Source: Acidobacteriota bacterium
GTDB taxonomy: Bacteria; Acidobacteriota; UBA6911; RPQK01; DATIPO01
DNA length: 64,000 nt
Assembly: GCA_035471925.1 (NCBI GenBank)
Contig: DATIPO010000065.1
Location: 9,340-73,339 of the forward strand
Direction of reading: 5' to 3'
Shown here: one piece after another, positions 46,117-54,406 of the stretch
Layout: the number at the start of each line of letters is the position of its first letter
Numbering within the stretch: the first letter of the stretch is position 1
The notes under the pieces: model-generated
The model's database searches: none
Seen by the model: only the letters and a program-made list of their open reading frames with translations
What the model was told of the DNA's origin: nothing
Program-made: the position numbers and the translations under genes

Positions 46117-48456
46117 TTACTGCTGATTCTGGTCCTCGGGGTTTTGGGTTTCCGGTTCATCGCCTTCCAGCGGAGTGACCGGCAGAGCGGTGAAGCTGCC
46201 CGGTTCGGCGCCGAACTCCAGCACCGTGGCCACGAAGGAACCGTCCTGGCTGCGGATCTCCAGCTCGCCCTGGAAGAACGGCGGCACGGCGTCGCCGAAG
46301 AGCTCGTCGAGCAGCAGGGCCGACCGCCCTTGGGCTGGCAGGCTCAAGGTAGTGAAGCCTCCCTCCAGCGGCTGTCCCAGCGGGTCGCGGAGGGTCAGCG
46401 AGAGGGTGATGGGATGATCCTCAGTGTTGCGAACAGCCGCTCCGGTGTTGGATCCGGCCTGGCGTCGGACGCTGGCCAGCGCCTCGCTCATCGGCTGGCT
46501 GCCCGGAACCACTGCCGTGCCCAGCCCCTCGATGGTGAAGCGCACGATGCCGGCCAGGCGTCCATCGGACTGCACCGTGGCCGATCCGCTGCGCAGTTGC
46601 GCGGCCTGCGGTCCCTCGAGCGCGAAGTCGCCCAGAGGAGCGATGGAGAAGTAAACCGCGCTCCAGTCTCCGGCGGCTTCCACCTGCTGTCCGTTGATGC
46701 GCGGCAGTGACTGCCAGGGCTGGCCCTGGGCGTCCAGCAGGCGGACGAATCCGCTCACCGTGCGGGTCTGGGAAGGATTGTGCAGGATCATCTGGGAGCG
46801 CAACCCCTGGCCCGAGCTGAACTGGGCGAAGTCGAGCCGGTGCTCGAGATCCAGCGCTTCCAGGCTTTGGGCGGGATTCACGACCGCCACGCTGCAGGTC
46901 TCGCTGGCCATGTTGCCGAAGGTGTCCTCGGCTGTCACCGTCCACTCGATAGTGTCGTGGACGCCTCCTGAGTCCTCGATCGTCAGCGTATCGCCCTCGA
47001 ATGAGACTACGCAGGAGTTGGTCTTGTCTACCAGTTTGCCTGAGGGATTGGTCCAGTAGCAGTCGAAGGAAGTGACTTCGGCCGCCACTGTGCCTTCACA
47101 GGCGTCCTCGGCGCTGGCGGTAAAGGAGATGGGCGCGTCCGGCGGCGTGATGGTGGCCGGCGCATTGCAAGAGATCACCGGCGGCAGCGTGTCCTGGACG
47201 ATCACCGTGCGGCTGACCTGCACCGCGTTGTTTCCGGCTGTATCGGCGGCGTCGTAGAGGATGATATAGGTGCCGGGAGTGGAGGTGTCGACGGTGTCTC
47301 CGCTGACCGTCACCGGGACGCTGCCGTCGCAGATGTCGGTGGCCGTGGCACCCGGATCCGTAAAGGTGTCGACGTTGCATTCCAGCGTGATCTCGGCATC
47401 GCCGTTAAGGGTGATCACCGGGGGAATCGTGTCCGCCACCGTGACCGTGCGGGTCCTCTGCACGGCGTTGTTGCCAGAGTCGTCGACAGCGTCATAGGTA
47501 ATGACGTAGACCCCCGGCGTGGAGGTGTCGACCGTGTCGCCTCCCACCGTCACTGGGACGTCGTTGTCGCAGTTGTCGGACGCCGAGAATCCAGGATCGA
47601 CGAAGGTGTCCACGCCGCATTCCAGCGTCAGGTCGCCGTCCACCAGCGAGATTACCGGCGCGGTTTCGTCCACCACCGTGACCGTGGCGGGGCACATGTC
47701 CTCGGCATTGCTGTCGTCGGTGACCGTCAACGTCACCGGCGTGTCGCCCAGCGAGAAGGGACCCGAGGGTGAAAGCGAAAGGGTGATGGGATCGCCGTCG
47801 GGGTCGAAGGACCCGTCATCAACCTGAGCGGCCGTGACGGTGGCCTGGCACTGCGCGTCGGCCACTTCCTGCACGTCCTGGCACATGGCCACCGGCGGAG
47901 TGTTGGGCTCCGTGAAGTAGACAATCAGTTCCACCGCATCGATATCCAGGGTGGGACCATTGACTTGCGTCAGACGGAATCCCAAGGTGCCGTTGGTCGC
48001 GGCCGTCCTCAGACTGGCCTCGGAGATGCCCCACAAGTTCCCGTCGCCGCCGGCACTGACGAAACTGGTGCTGGCGCAGTTGGATTGGCCTCCGAAGAAA
48101 AGAGGCAGAACCATGGCGGAGCCGCTCAGAGATCCTCCGATGGTGAGCTGGACCTGGTTGTCTCCGTTGGTGCGGTACTTAACCCGCACCTCCACGCCGG
48201 TGATCATTTCGCCGGCCGGGATCGTGAAGGCCGGGAAGGTCACCTCGATCCAGTTGTCCATCGGGACGTCAGAAGTAGCGGCGCAAAAATCGTCGGGTGC
48301 GCCCTCGATATTCCCGGTGGCGATCCACTCGTTGGGGTTGTCGACTGTATGTCCATTAGCGTTTCGGGTCTGGTCGGCAGCAAGTAGAAACAGTTGGAGA
48401 AGGCATAAGACGATCAGAGCCGTCATGAGCGCGAGTCTCCGGATTGATAGGAGCAT
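46117..48456 (-). CDS. large secreted Ig-like (DUF5011/HYR-like) repeat adhesin-like protein
   Basis: Signal peptide. Two ~80-aa repeats ETAPVISL.GD..ITLECGVDTF.DPG..A.D.CD..VPVTV.GDTVDTSTPG.Y.I.YDA.D..GNNAVQ..RTV.V.D. Confidence 0.7.
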   Translation of the reverse strand: MLLSIRRLALMTALIVLCLLQLFLLAADQTRNANGHTVDNPNEWIATGNIEGAPDDFCAATSDVPMDNWIEVTFPAFTIPAGEMITGVEVRVKYRTNGDNQVQLTIGGSLSGSAMVLPLFFGGQSNCASTSFVSAGGDGNLWGISEASLRTAATNGTLGFRLTQVNGPTLDIDAVELIVYFTEPNTPPVAMCQDVQEVADAQCQATVTAAQVDDGSFDPDGDPITLSLSPSGPFSLGDTPVTLTVTDDSNAEDMCPATVTVVDETAPVISLVDGDLTLECGVDTFVDPGFSASDNCDNDVPVTVGGDTVDTSTPGVYVITYDAVDDSGNNAVQRTRTVTVADTIPPVITLNGDAEITLECNVDTFTDPGATATDICDGSVPVTVSGDTVDTSTPGTYIILYDAADTAGNNAVQVSRTVIVQDTLPPVISCNAPATITPPDAPISFTASAEDACEGTVAAEVTSFDCYWTNPSGKLVDKTNSCVVSFEGDTLTIEDSGGVHDTIEWTVTAEDTFGNMASETCSVAVVNPAQSLEALDLEHRLDFAQFSSGQGLRSQMILHNPSQTRTVSGFVRLLDAQGQPWQSLPRINGQQVEAAGDWSAVYFSIAPLGDFALEGPQAAQLRSGSATVQSDGRLAGIVRFTIEGLGTAVVPGSQPMSEALASVRRQAGSNTGAAVRNTEDHPITLSLTLRDPLGQPLEGGFTTLSLPAQGRSALLLDELFGDAVPPFFQGELEIRSQDGSFVATVLEFGAEPGSFTALPVTPLEGDEPETQNPEDQNQQ

Positions 48457-48726
48457 TGGGCCCTCCTCGTAAAGAAATGGTTATCGGGGTAAAAACCAGT
48501 GTTTAGTGTGCACGAACACGGGGGTTTAGGCAAGTGCCAAATAGCACGCGATGCCCTAATCTTTGCTTAGAATGATTCGGCTTGATTCGACGCCGAGGGC
48601 CACGAATCCAGCGGCTTTGCGAGACGCCGGGCGGAGATCCGCCAATTGGACTCCATGACGTGAGATGGAAGCTCCTGAGCCGGTCGAGGCGTGCAGTGAA
48701 ATGCTCAGGAAGATATAGTTGAGTTC

Positions 48727-50061
48727 ATGTTAGGACGCATCTGTTTGACTGGTTTGGCGTCGGTCGCTTTGATCGGCGTATCTCTCAGCGAGGATTGGCC
48801 TCACTGGCGTGGGCCGGAGGGTTCGGGAGTTTCCGACGAGACCGCTCTCCCGGCCTCTTGGAGCGCTACCGAGAATATCGCTTGGAAGGCCCCCCTCAAG
48901 GGCACCGGTGTTTCCTCGCCGGTCGTTTGGAGTGACACCGTTTTCGTCACCTCGCAGTCGGGGAGGGGAGCGGTCCGTTCCGGCAATCATCCCACCCTTT
49001 CGCGGGGAGAGGAGGCCATGGAGCGCGAACTCGGCGGTGCCGATGAGACCCGGAGCCCCGAGAAGGTGGTCTTTTTGGTGCAGGCTTTCGACACCGCCGA
49101 CGGCAGTCTGCGCTGGGAATTCATGCTGGACGCCGCCGCTCCGCTGCCGGAAGTCCACAACAAGAACAACCTGGCCACGCCCAGCCCGGTCACCGACGGC
49201 TCCATGGTCTATGCCTGGTTCGGCACCGGACAACTGGTAGCGCTCGACATGCAAGGCCGCCAACAGTGGGAACGCAACTTGGCCGACGACTACGCGCCCT
49301 TCCAGGTCAGTTGGGGACACGCCAGCTCGCCCACGCTCTACAAGGACACCCTTTTCCTGCTCTGCGACCACAGTTCGGAATCTTATCTGCTGGCCCTCGA
49401 CAAGCAGGACGGCAGCCAGAAATGGAAGGTGGAGCGCAACAGCGAGCGCGGATACAGCACGCCCATGGTGGTCTATCGCGAGCAGGGAGACGAGTTGATC
49501 GTCAACGGCAACCGAGGACTCAAGGCCTACGATCCTTCCAGCGGCGAGTTGCTGTGGAATCTGGAAGGAGAGAACCGTTTTCCGGTGCCTTCGCCCTCGC
49601 AAGGCGATGGGATGATCTTCACAAGCCGGGGCTACCGCAGCGGACCCTACATGGCCATTGAGCCCGGAGGGCGCGGAGACATCTCCGAGAGCCACGTCAA
49701 ATGGCGCAAGCCCACTGGCGCCCCCTACGTGTCATCGGTCGTCTACTATCGGGGAACCGTCTACTTCGTCAATGACAGCGGCATCGCCTCGGCCATTGAC
49801 GGCGCCACCGGCGAGACCCTTTGGAGGAGCCGGCTGGGCGGTGTCTTCAGCGCTTCACCAGTGGCTGGAGACGGCAAGGTCTACCTCACCAACGAGGGCG
49901 GCGAAACCATCGTGCTGCAGGCCTCACGTCCCCCGGAAGTCCTCTCGCGCAACGACTTGGGCGAACGCTGCCTGGCCTCTCCCGCTCTCGCTGGCGGACG
50001 CCTCTACCTGCGCACCGACCAACACCTCGTCGCCATCGGTCCTCCGCCCGCGGCCGAATGA
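48727..50061 (+). CDS. PQQ-like beta-propeller repeat protein (secreted)
   Basis: Signal peptide; DWPHWRGP hallmark; repeated W/G-containing blades. Confidence 0.8.
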   Translation: MLGRICLTGLASVALIGVSLSEDWPHWRGPEGSGVSDETALPASWSATENIAWKAPLKGTGVSSPVVWSDTVFVTSQSGRGAVRSGNHPTLSRGEEAMERELGGADETRSPEKVVFLVQAFDTADGSLRWEFMLDAAAPLPEVHNKNNLATPSPVTDGSMVYAWFGTGQLVALDMQGRQQWERNLADDYAPFQVSWGHASSPTLYKDTLFLLCDHSSESYLLALDKQDGSQKWKVERNSERGYSTPMVVYREQGDELIVNGNRGLKAYDPSSGELLWNLEGENRFPVPSPSQGDGMIFTSRGYRSGPYMAIEPGGRGDISESHVKWRKPTGAPYVSSVVYYRGTVYFVNDSGIASAIDGATGETLWRSRLGGVFSASPVAGDGKVYLTNEGGETIVLQASRPPEVLSRNDLGERCLASPALAGGRLYLRTDQHLVAIGPPPAAE

Positions 50062-50242
50062 GCAAGGGCATCGTCTGCGGTTCGGCTGTCAGGGATTGGC
50101 TGGAAGCACCTTGATCCGCTTCAAGGAGCCCCCCGCAGGAGGCGCCTCGTCCAGGCTGCGCGTCAAGATGGCGAAACCTCGGGTGCCCGCCCTGATTCCT
50201 CCACCGGCCATGAGGCCTTCGGAAGCCTGCTCGGCGCCCGTT

Positions 50243-51388
50243 TTATTGGTTTCTGAAGTATTGTTCGTTTTCCTTGATCCAAACGTGCCCGTGGGCCGCA
50301 TCTTTTCCGCAAGTTTCCAGCGCGGCTACCGAGGACCGCAGCAACTGATCGGCGCGGCGATGCTCTCCCAAGAGAAAGTAGGCGCGCCCGAAACCCAAGT
50401 CGATATCGGCTCGCTGGCAGGGGTCCGGGGAGTGGCCTGCCAGGGACTCCAGATGAGGCAAGGCGGCGGCCGCCAACCCCGACGCCAAGTAGAGCCGCGC
50501 CAAGGGGAGGTCAAAAACCGGCGTATTGGTCGCGCCGGAACATTCCAACAAGGTCACAATGGCTTCTCCCAAGATTCCATGGGTCTCCAGCAGGCGGGAG
50601 CGGGCTAGACAGGCGCCTTGGGGCTCCAATGGGGCTTGGGCGAGCAGTGCGAGTTCCCGCTTGACTTCGGCTGAGGCTTGCGGAGTCGTGAGCATGAAGC
50701 TGGACTGCGCCTCGGCTTCGGCTGGCTTCAGGTCGGCTCCCAATCGTGTGACTGTGAAGTCCACCAATTGACCCGGACGGAGAGGTGCGCCGAAAGCGGG
50801 ATAGTCCATCTTGCAGAGGGACCGGCTCGCCGTCAGTCGACGGCACAGGCCGGCGGCCTTGACGACCTTCGTGCCCATGCTGGAACCGGCCTCCGACAAA
50901 GTCCAATGAAAGTATTGGGCGCTTGCGGGGACGGTCCATGCCAGGGGCGGGCGGTCGTCCGGCGTGCTGCCGCGCGGCGAGAGGACCCAAAGTGAAGATT
51001 GGCCCTTGGGGGCCCGCGTCTTCAGCGTCGCTTCGCCCGATGCGGTCACCGATATCGGAGAGGCTGAGTCCATCAGTCTCTCGAACAGGCTGGTTGGTAG
51101 CGATTCGCCAACGCATTCCTGCTCGTTGGCCGTCCAATCCCGCGGTCCCTGCAGGTTGACCAGGCGGTTGTTGTCGCACAGAATCCTGGCCTTGCTGCCC
51201 TGGGCGAGTGAGAGTCGGACGCCGGGTGGAAGCAGGCTCAGCAGTTGAAGCGCACAACTCGGTCCGGTCGGGTTGAAGCGGGCTTCGACCTTTCCTTCGC
51301 TGTGAAGCGGCAAAACGGCGATGCCGTCCTTGCTGTCGCCCGATACTCCGAGGACGAAGAGTCCAGTAGCCAGTATGTGCAAGAACAT
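50243..51388 (-). CDS. secreted hypothetical protein, co-operonic with the CHAT protease
   Basis: Signal peptide MFLHILATGLFVLGVSG. Starts 15 nt after the CHAT gene stop. Several Cys residues. Confidence 0.6.
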   Translation of the reverse strand: MFLHILATGLFVLGVSGDSKDGIAVLPLHSEGKVEARFNPTGPSCALQLLSLLPPGVRLSLAQGSKARILCDNNRLVNLQGPRDWTANEQECVGESLPTSLFERLMDSASPISVTASGEATLKTRAPKGQSSLWVLSPRGSTPDDRPPLAWTVPASAQYFHWTLSEAGSSMGTKVVKAAGLCRRLTASRSLCKMDYPAFGAPLRPGQLVDFTVTRLGADLKPAEAEAQSSFMLTTPQASAEVKRELALLAQAPLEPQGACLARSRLLETHGILGEAIVTLLECSGATNTPVFDLPLARLYLASGLAAAALPHLESLAGHSPDPCQRADIDLGFGRAYFLLGEHRRADQLLRSSVAALETCGKDAAHGHVWIKENEQYFRNQ

Positions 51389-51403
51389 TCTTCCGTCCTC
51401 TTC

Positions 51404-53737
51404 TTAGGTTTCTGAAGAGCCGGCGGCACAGTTGATGGTTTCTTCCAGTTTTTTGCCTTCGTAGAACCAAACGGACTCAGCTCCGCCATCGGTCTGCCTC
51501 AGGAGCTTGAGACGAAGGCAGGCCTCATCCCTCTCTCCCAACTCATGGTGCAGCAGCGCCTTCAGGTAAGTTATTTCTAAGAGCAGAAAAAAGCGGTCGC
51601 CGATGGTGCTTTCAATTCCTTTGAGGTCGGCCAGGGCGGACTCCAGCTCTCCTAGCTTCAGTTTTGCTCGGGCCAGGTTCTTTCGCATCCTCGGATCGCC
51701 GGGCTTTGCGGCCAGTCCGTTGACAAGAACCCGGCGGGCCTTCTTCCAATCACCGCGGTCCAGGTAGATGCGTCCCAACTCATTCCAGGCATCGGGAAAG
51801 GCGTAATCCTCGGCCGCGACTCGCAACTGCACGATGGCGTCCTCGATTTGATCTTGCTGAGGGTGGGCCAAGAGGATTCCGTAATTGAAGCGCAGGTGTC
51901 CGTCGCCGGGATCAATCTGAACCGCCTCCCGAGCATGTTCAACGGCGGAGGCGATCCTCCCGAGACCGCTTTCAGCCAATGCCAGATAGGAGTGGGCGGG
52001 CGCGAAACGCTCATCACTGTCAATGGCGTTTTGAAAGCAGCGGCGAGCCGCCGAGTAGTCGCGCTTCTGAAGGTGCTTGACTCCTTGCAGCGTCCATTCC
52101 CCCACGTCGGAGGCCACGGCTGTGCGGATCGACTCTTTCAGGACGGGACTGAGGCTCACCCCAGCCTTCTCCAGCAGCCATTCCGCGATCCGCGATTCCA
52201 ATGGAAAGGGGTCGGCTGGAAGGGTCTCGTCTTTGGGGCTGCTGCGGGTCGAATCCAGCAGTTGTTTCAGACCGACGAGTTCCTGGGTTCTGCATTTGCC
52301 ATCGACAACACCGAAATGGGAGGAGCTCACGTCGCCGTTGGAGGCCAGTTGCCTAAGCTGTACGAAACTCGATCCGCCCTCCTCCCAGGAGCCCCGGCCA
52401 TCGGGCCTACAGCCGGAATGGACAATCCTGAGCGGGGGACCAGCTTGGCGGGGCCAGTTGCGGGCCGCGGCCTGCAGCTTGGCCACCACTACTTCGTGTT
52501 GGGGACCGGCAAGCCCCTGCGAATCGTCGAAGGCCTCAACAAAGACCCGCAATTCTCCTTTCTGCGGTCCACTGCCGATCGTCAGCCAGCCCAGGACCAC
52601 GAGAATGACGAGGGCAGCCGCAGCATTGATTATCCGTCTCTTGTTCCACCAAACCGTTTGGCTGAAGAGTCGTTGCCCGCTGCGGGCCGCGTAGAGCACC
52701 GGCGTACCCCAAGCGGGACGGTTGGAGCCTGAGTACAAATCCCGCCAGCATTCTGCCAAGGCTTCGTCCACTGTGTGGCCCTGGCTCAGGGCGGCATAGA
52801 AGCGGACCGCGAAGCTGACGGCCAGGTCAGAACGGATGTCGAACTGCATGGCCACTACGTTGGGAATGCCCCGCCGCTCCAGCTCGGCGGCCATGGCCGG
52901 AAGGGAGGTCTCGAATTCAGCGCGGGCACCTTCGCAAGAGTTGAGAACCACCAGACGCAGGTCGGGCTGATCTTTCAGGAGGGTGGCAAAACGCCGGCTC
53001 AAGACCACGTCCCTGCCGCTGCTGTGCTCGTCCGCCTTGAAGAAGAGGCTGTCGGGACCTCCGTGGCGGATCAGGTGGAGGATATGGTAGGACTCGCCTT
53101 TAAGCTGCTGCTGGAGGGTGGTCATGCTGTCGGCATCGATCCTCAGAAGCTTGAGACGCCCGGCGCGGACTTCTGGTGCGAGCAGCTCTTGAAGTTGGTT
53201 CCACTCATTGTCGCCTCCCAGGTCCTCTTCACCGACTGGCACAACCACCGCCATGCGCACCGGTCCTTCGGGTGTGGGAGTCAGTTCCCCGGCCCTGCTG
53301 CCCAGCCGGCGCACCAGAGTGGCGGCTCCTCCGGGCAGCATGAATTCGCGTTCTTGGGGATCGAACAGATACTCCCAGGGCAATTCCGCCAATTTGGGTG
53401 CCTGGGTGAAGTCCAGCGTCAATCGCAGCTTCCGTCCTCGTCCTAGTGCCGCGCGGCAGCAGCGCAAGGCTGTCAGCATTTCGCCCTGGAAGAGGATCTC
53501 GAAAAGAATCTCGCCCACCTGTTCCATGGCCTTCATGCCATCGGCCGGAGATTCCGAGAGCCTGCCTTCTGCCCGTTGACGAATCAGGGCCAGTTCGTCA
53601 TCGTCGAAAGGCACCTTGAAGTCGACGACCGTGCCCACATTGCTGCTGGCTCGCACTAATTGGGCGCCATAGTGCGCTTCGCCAATGCGGCGAAACCACA
53701 CCTCGAAGGCCTCGAGACGAACTCCTGCTGACATCAC
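51404..53737 (-). CDS. CHAT-domain (caspase-like) peptidase: N-terminal cytoplasmic CHAT, single TM, periplasmic TPR region
   Basis: CHAT hallmarks PWEYLFD, His-Gly dyad YHILHLIRHGG and catalytic Cys VVLNSCEGA. TM helix IINAAAALVILVVLGWLTIG. C-terminal TPR repeats. Confidence 0.8.
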   Translation of the reverse strand: MMSAGVRLEAFEVWFRRIGEAHYGAQLVRASSNVGTVVDFKVPFDDDELALIRQRAEGRLSESPADGMKAMEQVGEILFEILFQGEMLTALRCCRAALGRGRKLRLTLDFTQAPKLAELPWEYLFDPQEREFMLPGGAATLVRRLGSRAGELTPTPEGPVRMAVVVPVGEEDLGGDNEWNQLQELLAPEVRAGRLKLLRIDADSMTTLQQQLKGESYHILHLIRHGGPDSLFFKADEHSSGRDVVLSRRFATLLKDQPDLRLVVLNSCEGARAEFETSLPAMAAELERRGIPNVVAMQFDIRSDLAVSFAVRFYAALSQGHTVDEALAECWRDLYSGSNRPAWGTPVLYAARSGQRLFSQTVWWNKRRIINAAAALVILVVLGWLTIGSGPQKGELRVFVEAFDDSQGLAGPQHEVVVAKLQAAARNWPRQAGPPLRIVHSGCRPDGRGSWEEGGSSFVQLRQLASNGDVSSSHFGVVDGKCRTQELVGLKQLLDSTRSSPKDETLPADPFPLESRIAEWLLEKAGVSLSPVLKESIRTAVASDVGEWTLQGVKHLQKRDYSAARRCFQNAIDSDERFAPAHSYLALAESGLGRIASAVEHAREAVQIDPGDGHLRFNYGILLAHPQQDQIEDAIVQLRVAAEDYAFPDAWNELGRIYLDRGDWKKARRVLVNGLAAKPGDPRMRKNLARAKLKLGELESALADLKGIESTIGDRFFLLLEITYLKALLHHELGERDEACLRLKLLRQTDGGAESVWFYEGKKLEETINCAAGSSET

Positions 53738-53882
53738 GGTCTCCCTGAGCAGAGCTGAAAGGCAAGTTCCCTCCCTTAGACACGCTCATTGAATGATTGT
53801 GTGATAGGAAACTGAAAATTCTCCGTAATCGTCCCCAGTAGTGCTGTGAGTCCGGCCCCGGCCTATGATGCGATTTGACCGC

Positions 53883-53964
53883 GTTTACTGGAGGTGTAAA
53901 CAGCGGACCAGGTAAACAGTTTCTGCTCCTGGGCATTGACATTTGGGGCGGAAGGGCCGTTTAC
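53883..53964 (+). promoter_or_regulatory. Operator/promoter region: GTTTAC-N7-GTAAAC inverted repeat, AAAC-N-GTTT, and a TTGACA-18-TTTACT promoter with a third GTTTAC half-site
   Basis: Perfect 6-bp inverted repeat at 53883..53901, a palindrome at ~53913..53921, and gtttac again in the -10 region. Lies between the divergent CHAT operon and the XRE-HTH ORF. Confidence 0.4.
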
Positions 53965-53986
53965 TTTGGTAGATCTTTTTACGACC

Positions 53987-54406
53987 ATGAGAATCCGGCT
54001 TCGGCATGATCGGCTGGCAGATGCAATCGCCAAGAGCCGGGCCAGCCAGAACGCCTGGGCGCGGCGGCTGGGACTCGGCAGAGGGCATCTGTCGCTGCTC
54101 GTTCGAGGCAAGCGTCCCTACCCGTCGAAGGTCACGCGGATCAAGCTGCTGAGCGGACTGGACCTGCCGTTTGGAGAGTTGTTCAAGGTTGAGCGCTCGG
54201 CTGGCGCTCGAAACACAAATTTCGGGGAGGATCCGCTCCCGGAAGCCAGGACCCACTCGTCGCTGAGGGCCGCCCCAGTGGACTCTCAGGGCAGGCGTCG
54301 GTCGAGGCGGGCTGCCAAGAGGCGGCGTTCGGCGACGGTCCCAGCCGGCAGCCTACATTCAAGAACGCTGTGGCCCGCCGGAAAAGGGGCCACGAGAAAG
54401 GAGGGT
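53987..54406 (+). CDS. XRE-family (Cro/C1-type) HTH domain ORF, in frame with no stop before the downstream permease
   Basis: MRIRLRHDRLADAIAKSRASQNAWARRLGLGRGHLSLLVRGKRPYPSKVTRIKLLSGLDLPFGELF is an HTH_XRE domain. It is followed by an Arg-rich low-complexity linker that reads through into the permease. Confidence 0.45.

Noticed and set aside
53936-53986. TTG at 53936 as the start of the HTH-permease ORF
   Set aside because: The TTG coincides with a TTGACA -35 hexamer. The ATG at 53987 immediately precedes the HTH domain, so the first 17 codons are more likely promoter sequence.
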